Assembly: GCA_963845095.1 (NCBI GenBank)
Contig: CAWJQM010000006.1
Coordinates: 2,786-66,785, forward strand
From: an uncultured delta proteobacterium
Lineage (GTDB): Bacteria; Desulfobacterota; Syntrophia; Syntrophales; Smithellaceae
Direction: 5' to 3'
Length of the DNA: 64,000 bases
Position numbers and translations under genes: made by a program. The notes below the pieces were generated by a model, which was not told where the DNA came from, made no database searches, and saw only the letters and a list, made by a program, of their open reading frames with translations. Below, piece after piece: positions 39,529 through 50,300 of the stretch (the stretch's first letter is position 1; every line of letters starts with the position of its first letter).

Positions 39529-39546
39529 TTTATCCTTAAGGATAAA
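39529..39546. promoter_or_regulatory. 18-bp perfect palindrome, operator candidate upstream of the beta-oxidation operon
   Basis: TTTATCCTT|AAGGATAAA, about 105 nt upstream of ATG 39650. Confidence 0.4.
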
Positions 39547-39649
39547 ATTTTTTTCGGCCAAAAAGTATTATCTCTGCGAGGCTTTTCCGCAGATGGACGA
39601 AAATCTCTTAAGCGCAAATCTACATCAAATCCATATTTAGGAGGTATAT

Positions 39650-41515
39650 ATGAGTAACGGGTTAGTGAATACCAGGGATCAGCAGTTTATTCTTTTTGAA
39701 CAGCTCGGTATAGAGAAGCTGTTTGCAACGGAAAAGTTCAAGGATTTTTCCAAAGATGACGTATTGATGATGCAGAACGAGGCCGAGAAAATGGCCATCA
39801 ACGTCATCCTTCCCACCTATACGGAAGGGGACAAGGAAGCCTGCCACCTGAAGGACGGCAACGTGTCGACGCCGAAGCTTTTCAAGGATGCCTTCAACAA
39901 GTACAAGGAAGCGGGCTGGATGTGCCCCATGAAATCGCCCGATGTCGGTGGACAGGGAATGCCGATTGTCATTGCTACGGCCTACAATGAATTGTTCACC
40001 GCCGCCAATATCGCTTTTTGCATGTACGGCGGTCTCACCATCGGCGCAGCCGGCCTGATCGAGGCATTCGGGACGGAAGAGCAGAAGAACACCTACATTT
40101 ACAAAATGAATTCCGGTGAATGGTGCGGCACCATGTGCCTGACCGAACCGGGCGCAGGCTCCGATGTCGGGGCCTTGAAAACAACAGCCAAGAAGCTGCC
40201 GGACGGCACATACAGCATTACGGGAACCAAGTGCTTTATTTCGGCCGGGGACCACGACCTGGCGCCGAACATTATTCATCCCGTTCTGGCCAGAATCGAA
40301 GGTGATCCTCCCGGAACAAGCGGGATCTCCATCTTCATCGTTCCAAAATATAAGGTCAATAAGGACGGAAGCTTAGGCAAATTGAACGACGTTCATACCG
40401 GCAACGTGGAACACAAGATGGGCCTCAAGGGGAACGCCACCTGTACACTGAATTTCGGCGACGACGGCAAGTGTGTCGGCGAACTTCTCGGCAAGGAAAG
40501 AGAAGGCCTGAAGGTCATGTTCAAAATGATGAACGAAGCCCGTCTCGAAGTCGGCATGCAGGGTCTGGCGCATGGCTCCGCCGCCTATGAGCATGCAGTT
40601 CAGTACGCCAAGGAAAGGATCCAGAGCACTCCGGTATGGGAAATGAAGAACCCGGAGGCCAAGGCCGTTGCCATCATTCAGCATCCGGATGTCCGCAGGG
40701 ATCTGATGTTCATGAAATCCTACGTGGAAGGAATCCGCGCCATGAATTACTTTGCGGCCTACTGCATGGATATGGCCGAAACGGCGGCAACGACGGAAGA
40801 ACATGATAAATGGAACGGTTTTGTGGAATTGCTCACACCTCTGTGCAAGGCCTTTTCCTCCGACCGCGGATTTGATGTCTGCAATAAAGCCATCGATGTT
40901 TATGGCGGGTACGGTTACTGCCAGGAATATCCTGTCGAGCAATATCTGCGGGATTGCAAAATCGCCTGCATCTATGAAGGAACAAACGGCATCCAGTCGC
41001 TCGATCTGGTGGGAAGAAAGCTGGGTCTGCGCAAGGGCGCCAACATGATGGCCATGATGGGCGAAATCGGTGGAACTATCGCCAAAGCCAAGGCCATTGA
41101 AGACCTCAAAAAGTATGCCTTCAAGCTGGAAGAGGCATTCAACGCCGTGGTGGAACTGACCATGATAATGGCCGGTCTCGGCAAGAGCGGCAATTTCCTC
41201 GTGCCCATTCTGTATGCCTCTTCGTTCCTCGATATTTTTGGTGATTTGCTGATGGGTCATTTTCTTCTGCAGGCCGCGTGCATTTCCGACCAAAAGCTCA
41301 AAGCCATATACCAGGAAAAGGGCGCCGAGGATTCCAAGGGTAAACAGCGCGGGTTGGTCCGCACCAATGCCGACGTGGCTTACTATGCAGGAAAGGTCGC
41401 TTCGGCGAAATTTTTCGCAACGGAAATTCTCCCGACCATTAAGAGCCGCTGCGAAGTCATCAAGACCGGCGACAAGATTGCCCTGGAAATAGCGGACGAA
41501 TCTTTTGCCATTTAA
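39650..41515 (+). CDS. large (~600 aa) acyl-CoA dehydrogenase with C-terminal extension
   Basis: AGGAGG RBS. Motifs CLTEPGAGSDVGALKTTA, YGGYGYCQEYPVEQYLRDCKIACIYEGTNGIQ. Confidence 0.9.
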   Translation: MSNGLVNTRDQQFILFEQLGIEKLFATEKFKDFSKDDVLMMQNEAEKMAINVILPTYTEGDKEACHLKDGNVSTPKLFKDAFNKYKEAGWMCPMKSPDVGGQGMPIVIATAYNELFTAANIAFCMYGGLTIGAAGLIEAFGTEEQKNTYIYKMNSGEWCGTMCLTEPGAGSDVGALKTTAKKLPDGTYSITGTKCFISAGDHDLAPNIIHPVLARIEGDPPGTSGISIFIVPKYKVNKDGSLGKLNDVHTGNVEHKMGLKGNATCTLNFGDDGKCVGELLGKEREGLKVMFKMMNEARLEVGMQGLAHGSAAYEHAVQYAKERIQSTPVWEMKNPEAKAVAIIQHPDVRRDLMFMKSYVEGIRAMNYFAAYCMDMAETAATTEEHDKWNGFVELLTPLCKAFSSDRGFDVCNKAIDVYGGYGYCQEYPVEQYLRDCKIACIYEGTNGIQSLDLVGRKLGLRKGANMMAMMGEIGGTIAKAKAIEDLKKYAFKLEEAFNAVVELTMIMAGLGKSGNFLVPILYASSFLDIFGDLLMGHFLLQAACISDQKLKAIYQEKGAEDSKGKQRGLVRTNADVAYYAGKVASAKFFATEILPTIKSRCEVIKTGDKIALEIADESFAI

Positions 41516-41614
41516 TGTTGATCAATAACTTATAAATCCGGTGACGGACGCTGCTGCGACCTTTCATGGCATACAGCAGCGCCGCATCCGGGTAATCTCT
41601 CTGAGGAGGAAAGT

Positions 41615-44038
41615 ATGTCTTATAAAATCAAAAAAGCAGCTGTTCTGGGTGCAGGCGTTATGGGCGCCACCATCGCGGCCCATCTGACCAATGCGGGGAT
41701 CGAGTGCGTTCTTCTGGACATTATTCCCTTTGAATTGACCGACGCCGACAAGGCGAAGGGACTCACGGAAAAAAGTCCGGCCTGGCGGAACCGTTTTGCC
41801 GCCAATGGCCTGGCGGGTGTTACGAAGGCAAAACCAGCCGCCTTCTTTACAAAGAAAAACGCTTCCATGATCAAAATCGGCAACCTCGAAGACAACCTGA
41901 ATATGCTCAAGGATGTCGACTGGGTATGCGAAGTCGTTATCGAAAACCTGAAAATCAAGCAGGAACTTTTTGCCAAACTCGAAAAGGTCCTCAAGCCGGA
42001 TTGCATCATCTCCACGAATACTTCCGGCATTCCCATCAAGGACATTTCGGCGAAATTCAGCGCCAACATGAATGCCCATTTTCTGGGAACCCACTTCTTC
42101 AATCCGCCGCGCTACATGAAACTGCTGGAAATCATTCCCGGCAAGGACACGAAGAAGGAAATCGTCGACTATATGGTAAAATTCTGCGAGGAAGTCCTGG
42201 GTAAGGGCGTTGTTGTCTGCAAAGACACTCCTAACTTTATCGGTAACCGCATCGGTATCTTTGATATTGCCAACATAGTCCACCTGATGGTGGAAAAAGA
42301 TATGAAGATCGAGGAAATCGACGCGATCTTCGGGAAAGCCATGGGACGTCCGGGCACGGCCGTTTTCGGCACAATGGATCTTGTCGGTCTTGATACGGGT
42401 CATCATGTTATGAAGAACCTTTATGACGCCGTTCCGGATGACGAAATGAGAGACTGGTTTATTCCTTCCGACTTCCTGACTGCCATGATGGAGAAAAAAT
42501 GGCTGGGCAACAAAACGAAGCAGGGCTTTTACAAGAAAACGAAAGATGAAAAAGGCAAGAAACTCAAACTGGTTATCGATTACAAGACCATGGAATACAA
42601 ACCGGCGCCGAAGAAGGTGCAGTTTGCCTCCGTTTCCGCAGCCAGTAAGGTGGAAGGCGGCGTTGGTGCCCAGATGAAAGCCATCTTCAACGGCAAGGAT
42701 GCCGCTGCTGAACTTGTTCGCGAATACTTCTGCAACCTTTTCATCTATGCTGCGAACCGGGTTCCCGAGATTTGCGATAAGGTTATGGATATCGACAACA
42801 CCATGAAGTGGGGCTATAATCAGAAGCTCGGTCCCTTCGAAGCGTGGGATGCCATAGGTGTGAAGGCATCGGTCGACGTTATGAAGAAGCTGAAAAAGAA
42901 AGTCCCCAAGAAGATCGAAGAAATGCTGAAAGCCGGTTGCGAATCCTTCTATACCAAGAAGGCCGACGGTTCGTACTACTATGATTTTGCAGCCAAAGGT
43001 TATGTAAAAATACAGGAAAATCCGAAAGTCATCTTCCTGCCCTCCGTGAAGGAACAGAAGAAGATTATCAAGGAAAATGCCAGTGCCAGTCTGGTTGATA
43101 TCGGCGACGGCGTGGCCTGCCTGGAATTCCACACAAAGATGAATGCCATCGACGACGGCATGGTCGAAATGATTAAAGCCAGCTGCGACATCGTGGAAAA
43201 AGACTTCAAGGGTATGGTGGTCGCCAATCACGATGAACGCGCTTTTTCCGCCGGCGCCAACGTCTTCAAAGTACTCATGGCCATTCAGAAAGGTGAATGG
43301 GATTTTGTGGAGGGCGGCATTGCCGATCTCCAGAACTCCCTCATGAAAATGAAATATCTCTCCAAGCCTGTAGTCACTGCCCCCGCGGGTATGGCCCTGG
43401 GCGGAGGATGTGAAATAGCCATGCACGGTGCACGCTGCCAACCCTGCGGTGAAACTTACATGGGTCTGGTGGAAGTGGGTGTCGGTCTTATTCCGGCCGG
43501 CGGCGGCTGCAAGGAAACCGCCCTGCGTCTCACCGAAGGGATTCCGACCGGCGCCATTGAAGGCGGTCTGAATCTCCAGCAGTACTATGCCAAGGGCTTC
43601 GAGAACATCGCCACGGCAAAAGTATCCACCAGCGCCGCGGAGGCTATGGATCTTGGTTACATCCGCAAGACGGAGAATATCAGTCTGGGCCGCGATCAGC
43701 AGATCTGGGACGCCAAGCAGCTTGTTCTCGGCATGTCGCTGTACTATAAACCGGGCAGACAGGCCTTGATTCCCGTCATGGGTGAGAATTTCCGCGGTCT
43801 GATCAATGCGGCGCTTTACAACATGCGCGCCGGCAATTATGTTTCCGACTACGATGTTCATGTCTCCAGGAAGATTGCCTACATTCTCTCCGGCGGGGAC
43901 TGTGCCGAAGGAACGTACGTTACGGAGCAGGAGCTGCTGGATCTGGAAAGAGAGGCCTTCCTGAGCCTCTGCGGCGAGCAGAAGACCCAGGATCGCATTA
44001 TGCACATGTTGTCGACAGGCAAGCCCCTGCGCAACTAA
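41615..44038 (+). CDS. bifunctional 3-hydroxyacyl-CoA dehydrogenase / enoyl-CoA hydratase (dehydrogenase domain N-terminal)
   Basis: Rossmann motif AAVLGAGVMGATIAAH, then FNPPRYMKLLEIIPG. The C-terminal crotonase part includes FSAGANV and GMALGGGCEIAMH. Confidence 0.9.
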   Translation: MSYKIKKAAVLGAGVMGATIAAHLTNAGIECVLLDIIPFELTDADKAKGLTEKSPAWRNRFAANGLAGVTKAKPAAFFTKKNASMIKIGNLEDNLNMLKDVDWVCEVVIENLKIKQELFAKLEKVLKPDCIISTNTSGIPIKDISAKFSANMNAHFLGTHFFNPPRYMKLLEIIPGKDTKKEIVDYMVKFCEEVLGKGVVVCKDTPNFIGNRIGIFDIANIVHLMVEKDMKIEEIDAIFGKAMGRPGTAVFGTMDLVGLDTGHHVMKNLYDAVPDDEMRDWFIPSDFLTAMMEKKWLGNKTKQGFYKKTKDEKGKKLKLVIDYKTMEYKPAPKKVQFASVSAASKVEGGVGAQMKAIFNGKDAAAELVREYFCNLFIYAANRVPEICDKVMDIDNTMKWGYNQKLGPFEAWDAIGVKASVDVMKKLKKKVPKKIEEMLKAGCESFYTKKADGSYYYDFAAKGYVKIQENPKVIFLPSVKEQKKIIKENASASLVDIGDGVACLEFHTKMNAIDDGMVEMIKASCDIVEKDFKGMVVANHDERAFSAGANVFKVLMAIQKGEWDFVEGGIADLQNSLMKMKYLSKPVVTAPAGMALGGGCEIAMHGARCQPCGETYMGLVEVGVGLIPAGGGCKETALRLTEGIPTGAIEGGLNLQQYYAKGFENIATAKVSTSAAEAMDLGYIRKTENISLGRDQQIWDAKQLVLGMSLYYKPGRQALIPVMGENFRGLINAALYNMRAGNYVSDYDVHVSRKIAYILSGGDCAEGTYVTEQELLDLEREAFLSLCGEQKTQDRIMHMLSTGKPLRN

Positions 44039-44104
44039 CAAATAATAATTGACAGGTCGCCGGTTCTCCGGAGCCGGCAACTGTTACATACAAGGAGGAA
44101 CATT

Positions 44105-45294
44105 ATGAGAGAAGCTGTCATTGTAGATGCCGTCAGAAGTCCCGGTGGACGTTCAAAAAGAGGCGGTCTTGCCGCAACCCGAGCTGAAGAATTCGGCATC
44201 CAGGTTATCAAAGGTCTGATGGCCAGAGTGCCCCAACTTAATCCCGCAGATGTGGACGATCTGATTTGCGGCTGCTCCTTTCCGGAAGCGGAGCAGGGCA
44301 TGAATATGGGAAGGATTCTTGCCGTTGGCGCCGGTTTGCCTTGTCTGCATCCGGTATGACTATCAACCGTTTCTGCTCTTCGGGCGTGCAGTCTATCGCT
44401 GATGCCACGGCCAAGGTCAGCATGGGCTGGTCCGACGTTATCATCGCCGGCGGCGTGGAATCCATGTCGCACATTCCTATGGGCGGTTCCGTCATGCGTC
44501 CCAACGCCGATTGGCCCACTGATGCGCCCTGGGTATACATCTCCATGGGTATGACAGCGGAAAACGTCGCTGCCAGTTACAATATTTCCCGGGAAGACAT
44601 GGATGCCATGGGTATGGAGAGCAACCGCCGGGCTTTCGAGGCTATCAAGGCCGGAAAATTTAAGGATGAAATCATTCCTATTAATGCTGTACAAATACAA
44701 GATCACCAAGAGTGGCAAGCGCATCCGCGAAACATTCGTTTTCGATACGGATGACGGCGTGAGATGGCCGGTAATCCTGGCGGATATGGCCAAGCTGAAA
44801 TCACCGTTCAAGGCGGTGGAACATGCACAGCTGCCAACTCATCTCAGACAACGGACGGCGCTGGTTTCGTCCTGGTCATGACTGCGGAGAAGGCCAAATC
44901 CATCGGTGTAAAGCCTCTGGCGAAGATGACCAACTTTGCCGTGGCCGGCTGCAGGCCCGAAGAAATGGGTGTTGGTCCGAAATACGCCATTCCCAAGGTT
45001 CTCAAGCAGGCGGGACTGACGACCAAAGATATCGATCTCTTCGAGATCAACGAAGCCTTTGCCTCCCAGGCGCTTTATTCCATCCGCGAGATCGGCATCG
45101 AAGACAGGCTCAAGGCCGGCGACATCAACCCCAATGGCGGCGCCATTGCCCTGGGTCATCCTCTGGGAGCCTCGGGCGCCAAGCTGACTGCTCAGCTCCT
45201 TCATGAATTGAAGCGGCGCAAAGCAAAACGCGGCATCGTCTCCATGTGTATCGGTGGCGGTATGGGTGCAGCGGCCATTTTTGAGATGCTGTAG
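44105..45294 (+). pseudogene. acetyl-CoA C-acyltransferase (degradative thiolase), three frameshifts (~44338, ~44690, ~44812)
   Basis: The frame alternates between two frames across ORFs 44105-44359, 44266-44754, 44603-44881 and 44764-45294. Conserved strings are recovered: MTINRFCSSGVQSI (active-site Cys), [38 protein letters not shown] and CIGGGMGAA. Confidence 0.85.
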
Positions 45295-45322
45295 AAAAAG
45301 ATTAATGCATGATTTTTACAGG

Positions 45323-45361
45323 GGCTGCGGCGTTTTTTCTAAGATGCCGCAGCCTTTTTTT
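45323..45361 (+). terminator. Rho-independent terminator of the beta-oxidation operon
   Basis: A 9-bp GC-rich stem (GGCTGCGGC / GCCGCAGCC) followed by TTTTTTT. Confidence 0.85.
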
Positions 45362-45487
45362 ATCCCAGAACTTCAATTTCAGCAGCGGCCTTGATAAGTT
45401 GATGAGACTGCCCGGCCTCCGGCAGCGAATTTCTGCCGGACAGCGGATACGACAGGCAACAGTTTTTTCAGGTTTAACGAGCAGTTC

Positions 45488-45739
45488 TTAAGAATTGTCC
45501 ATCTTGATAAAATCAGGCAGATGGGTGATGATAACCTCATCCTGGATTTCCTGCAGATACCTTCTGCCTTCCCGTGAAACGTGAATAATTCCGCGCATAT
45601 TCAGGGCAACGCTTTTCCCGTAGGCCTGATGATGTTTGCAGACTTTCTCCAGGATCGGGATGGACTCATCATCCAGTATGCCGTCCACCTCGATAGTGGT
45701 GATATTTTTCTGCGAATCGCCTTCTTTAATATAAATCAT
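45488..45739 (-). CDS. small STAS-like (anti-sigma-antagonist fold) protein, tentative
   Basis: 83-aa ORF. The pattern IEVDGILDDESIPILEKVC....KSVALNMRGIIHVSREGRRYL resembles the STAS/SpoIIAA layout. The call is weak. Confidence 0.3.
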   Translation of the reverse strand: MIYIKEGDSQKNITTIEVDGILDDESIPILEKVCKHHQAYGKSVALNMRGIIHVSREGRRYLQEIQDEVIITHLPDFIKMDNS

Positions 45740-46123
45740 CAGGGCATCATTCTTTCCGGTAATAATTCTTTCTGAATAGAAAAAGAACGCAATTCCTATG
45801 CCGAACTGCTTTTTAAAGAAAATAAGTTTGGCCCGCCGCCCTGTTTTGCCGTACCGGCACGGGTGCTAAATTCCGGAATAATTATCCATGATGCTCAATA
45901 ATTGAATTAATTCCGATCAGATAAACCTTAGAGAAATAAAATCAGGCGGCGGCAACGCACAGAGCTTTGGTGCTGGTCTGGAAGAAAGGAAATGAAGAAA
46001 AAGAAAAAAGAATGCACCATATATGGATTATTGAAAACAGCATATGGCGCACTATGGCCGGGGCTGTGCAGCACCTGGAGGATTATTTGTTTAAAATGGC
46101 GACTTTACAAATATGTTGAGTTG

Positions 46124-46139
46124 TGGCACTCATAATGCA
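46124..46139 (+). promoter_or_regulatory. sigma54 (-24/-12) promoter
   Basis: TGGCAC-tcata-ATGCA with the canonical GG/GC offset, about 105 nt upstream of ATG 46245. Confidence 0.7.
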
Positions 46140-46244
46140 CTACTGGAATCAATACAATACGGCCTGCTGACTACCATCTTTAATTAAAAAACATGCTTTA
46201 AAGCTGATACTAGATCAACTGGAGATTGAAAAAAGGAGTTAGGC

Positions 46245-47279
46245 ATGAAAACAAGAATAACGGAACTCTTGGGAATCAAACATCCCATCATTCAGGCGGG
46301 AATGAGCTATGTATCTTTTGTTCAATTGGCCGCCGCTGTTTCCAACGCCGGCGGTTTGGGAATTATGACCGCCAGCGAACAGACTCCGGATGAACTGAGA
46401 GCCAATATCAGGAAACTGAGAGAACTGACCAAAAATCCGTTTGGTGTAAATCTTGTGCCGTATGTTCCCCGGTACCGTGAATTAGTCCAGATTATCCTCG
46501 ATGAGAAGGTGCCCGTATTCAGCCATGGGTTAGGCAATCCGTTCAAGTTGCTGAATATTCAAAAACCACCGGATATGATATTCATTCCTACTGCCGGCAA
46601 TGTTAAGCAGGCTCAAAAGATGGAAAAAGACGGCGCCGATGCCCTGATCATTCATGGCTTTGAAGGTGGCGGCCACGTAGGTTATGTGGCCAGCACCATC
46701 CTTCTGCCGGAAGCCGCGGAGTGCCTCAAAGTTCCCATCCTGGCTTCAGGTGGTTTCTGTGACGGGCGCGGTCTTGTGGCCGCTCTGGCCATGGGCGCCG
46801 ACGGTTTGGCCATGGGCAGCCGTTTTGCCATTACCCAGGAAAGCCCCATTCATGCAAATGTGAAAGCCGCCGCCTTGACCTGCCGGTCTGAGGATACGGT
46901 CGTATCAACCAACTATGACGGATTGCGTCTCCGCAGCATACCCAGCAAGAAAATGGTAAAATATCCGGGGTGGTGGTCCCGGCCGTGGGAGGTTATCCCC
47001 AGCGGGTTGGCGATGAAAGGGGCATTCAAGACATCGTTCAGAGACCTCTATCGTATTTTGAAAGAACTTAAAAAGTACAATACGCCGCTGATCCAATTTG
47101 CTGTCGGCATTGAAAAGGTGCGGTCCACGCTGGCGGATGGAGAAATGAATAAAGGCATGATACCGGCCGGTCAGGTGATGGGCAGATTCAAGGATGTTCC
47201 CACCTGTCAGGAATTAATCGACCGGATTATGCGTGAAGCCAACGAAACACTGGATCTGATGTGCAAGATTGAAAGATAG
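46245..47279 (+). CDS. nitronate monooxygenase / FabK-like FMN-dependent enoyl reductase family protein
   Basis: The N-terminus ITELLGIKHPIIQAGMSYVSFVQLAAAVSNAGGLG and the internal GADALIIHGFEGGGH match NMO family signatures. Confidence 0.85.
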   Translation: MKTRITELLGIKHPIIQAGMSYVSFVQLAAAVSNAGGLGIMTASEQTPDELRANIRKLRELTKNPFGVNLVPYVPRYRELVQIILDEKVPVFSHGLGNPFKLLNIQKPPDMIFIPTAGNVKQAQKMEKDGADALIIHGFEGGGHVGYVASTILLPEAAECLKVPILASGGFCDGRGLVAALAMGADGLAMGSRFAITQESPIHANVKAAALTCRSEDTVVSTNYDGLRLRSIPSKKMVKYPGWWSRPWEVIPSGLAMKGAFKTSFRDLYRILKELKKYNTPLIQFAVGIEKVRSTLADGEMNKGMIPAGQVMGRFKDVPTCQELIDRIMREANETLDLMCKIER

Positions 47280-47391
47280 ATTGTTCTTAATTGCTCCCGT
47301 TTGTCTGTGAGAATTAGATTTACATCATGGAGATATTATTATTGAGCAATCCTAATCTGCCTATATGTGCTTTTCCATATCCTGATATATG

Positions 47392-50300
47392 CTATCGGCG
47401 GGAGCGTTTTATCCCCAGCTTTTTCATCCTAAATACCAGGGTTGAAGGAGGAACGCCTAGAATAGCTGCTGCACCCTGGGGGCCGGCCACTTTCTCCCCT
47501 GTTTTTTTAAGGATGCGGACGATATGACGCCGCTCATTTTCCGCCAAAGTTAAAGCCTCTTCCGTTTCGGCACTGACCCGATTGTCCGGTTTCAATTTAG
47601 GCATATAGAAATGATGGTTCGAGCTTAGGATCACTCCTCGTTCGATGATATTTTGCAATTCGCGGACATTACCCGGCCAATCATAAAGGACGAGCTTGCG
47701 CATTTCACTTTCCGGAATGGAAGAAACGTTTTTATTCAGCCTGGCTGCATGCAGTTTCAAAAAATGATACGCCAGCAAAGGGATATCATCCTTTCGTTCG
47801 CATAATGGCGGCACATGGATAGGGAATACATTTAAGCGATAATACAAGTCAGCCCGAAAGCGCCCCTCCTGTACTTTCTTTAACAAATCGCTGTTGGTGG
47901 CAGTAATAAGCCGGAAATCGCAATGGAGAGTCTGTGTCCCGCCGACGCGCTCAAACTGCCTCGTCTGCAAAACGCGCAGAAGCTGGATTTGCAGATCCAG
48001 GGAGATGTCGGCGATTTCGTCTAAGAACAGTGTGCCGCCATTGGCCAGTTCGAACCGGCCGATTTTCCGCTGCGTGGCTCCGGTAAAGGAGCCTTTTTCA
48101 TGCCCCATCAGTTCGGTGCTCATCAGCTCAGCCGGCAGGGCGCTTAACTGTACCCCGATAAAAGGTTTATCTTTTCTCGCACTGTGCCGGTGGATGGCGC
48201 GGGCCACCAGTTCTTTACCCACACCGGTCTCTCCCGTAATCAAGACGGTGGTTTCCGTACTGGCCACCTGCTCTATTTTGGTTAATACCTGGCCCATTTC
48301 CTTTCTTGTACCGACGATGTCGTCAAATTTAAGCTGGTTGAGGTTTTCCTCTTCCAGGTATTGTTTTTCCTGGGTGAGTTTTTTATTGAGCCTGTTGATT
48401 TCATCATAGGCGCTGGCATTGTCTATGGCAATAGCAGCTAAAGCTGAAAAATACGACAAAATCCCCAGATCGGTTTCCTTGAAGGTGCTCGACAGGATGA
48501 GGTTATCATAGTAAAGAACACCCGCGGCATTGTTCGAGATGGTCAGGGGCACACAGATTTTCGAGCGAATACTGGAGGATGTGTAGGCGTTTTCATCATC
48601 GGTGGCCTGCCCGGCAATAGCTCCCTGCCCCGTTGCGCGAACATCTTCGATCATCTTCAGGGAAGAAGAAAAATCGGGGCGCTCCACTTCATCGGCGGTC
48701 AGATTTCTCGAAGCTTTCAGCTGCAATCGTTTTTCCCCTTCCTTGTCCTCTTCCAGCATGAAAATGGCTCCTCTTTCAGCGCCGGTGACCCGGTTGCCGG
48801 CGGAAATGATCTTTTGAACCAGATCCCGGCGATCTCTGATTTTTACGAATTCCTTGCCCAGTTCCATAATTTCCTTCAGCAGGCGTTCCGATCCCTTCTC
48901 CCGGTCGATCAGATATTGCAGATCATCCGGAACAATTTTTTCGTCAAGGGCGGAGAGCATGCCGGCAGCGCGAATCTCCATCTCCCGGGCATGTTCCAGC
49001 TGGCCATTTTTTAACAAGTATCGGGAAAGTGCCAGGCATGACCGGGACAGTGCCACCTTATGACCGGATTCTTCCAGAAGCCGGATGGAATCCTTATGGG
49101 TCTCGATGATCTGTGAAGGTTCCGCACCTGCCTGTTCCATCATAAATGCCTGAAACCGGTATCCCAGTCCCTGCATGTAGATGTTCTTGGAAGAGATCAT
49201 GTTTACAATCTCTTCCTGAAGAGATAAATCTTTTACTTGTGGGAACCTTCCCTGGTTGATCTCCCAGGCCAGAGCAAGGAGGTGGGGGTAAGGCAACACA
49301 GTTGCGCCGGTTTCTTTCTGGTGTTTATAGAAAACATGCAAAAGCTCTATGGCGTGGCTATTGTTTCCTTTTAAATAATAGGCGAAAGCAAGAAACATAT
49401 GAGAAAGCATGAACGCCCCTCTGTTGTCCGTTTTTGCAGCCATTTCAGCAGACTGTTCCAGGTCGTGAAGAGCGTCATCCAGTTGCCTCATGTCCAACAT
49501 GATCTCGCCGATTAGCGTGATAGCATAGGAAGCTAGATAGAGGTCGCCGCGTTCCAGACAATGGGTACGGAGAGCATCGAGCATCCCCAGACCCTGGGTA
49601 TAGTTTCCTGTCTGGGCGTAACAATACCCCACCGTCATTTTACCCAGAATGGGAAAACGGGATTGGGGGTGTTTTTCTATCTCCTGCACGGATCGTTCGT
49701 AGCTTTCAACGGCTTCACGGAACCGGCCCTGCCAGAACAGGAAAAAAGTGCCGAATGCCGTTACCGAATCGATAATGTGTGGGTCATCAAGGTTTTTAGC
49801 CAAAGTCCAACCGTTTTCGAAATGGGTCAAAGCCTGATCGAAATTTGTCCGGAGCCACTCGTTTTTTGCAATATGCATTTCCAGCAGCGCCTGATAGGCA
49901 ATGTTATTCAACTTTTTTGCCCGTTTTAAGGCCTCCTTGAGTGTTGCTAAGACCTGTGATGTGTCCTGACGGACTGTGGAGATTTTCGCATATTTCACAG
50001 CGGTTTCCGCAAACAACAGGTCGGAATCCTTGCCATAAAGGTTACGCAAATCTTCTAATACCTTGTAGTAACATTGAAATGCCTGTTCTGTTCGAAAACA
50101 CTTGCGATGAACGTCACCGGCCTGGCTAAGCAGATGGCAGCCTTCCAGGTTATTAGGCATTTTCATCAGGTGATGACTAAGTCTTAGCCATTTGGAATCC
50201 TCTTCCGGCAGGTCGCGCACCAGTAAATCGACAATCCGGCGATGCATTTCGGCTTCGTCCTCAACTCCTGTTTCCGACGCGGCGGCCCTCTTTTGGTTTG

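Noticed and set aside
41564-44080. An 838-codon ORF on the minus strand spanning the whole FadB-like gene.
   Set aside because: It is codon-aligned with the plus-strand gene (same triplet boundaries). It therefore only requires that the sense gene avoids TTA, CTA and TCA codons. The translation is low-complexity with no recognisable motifs, whereas the plus strand has clear Rossmann and crotonase signatures. It is a shadow ORF caused by codon bias.
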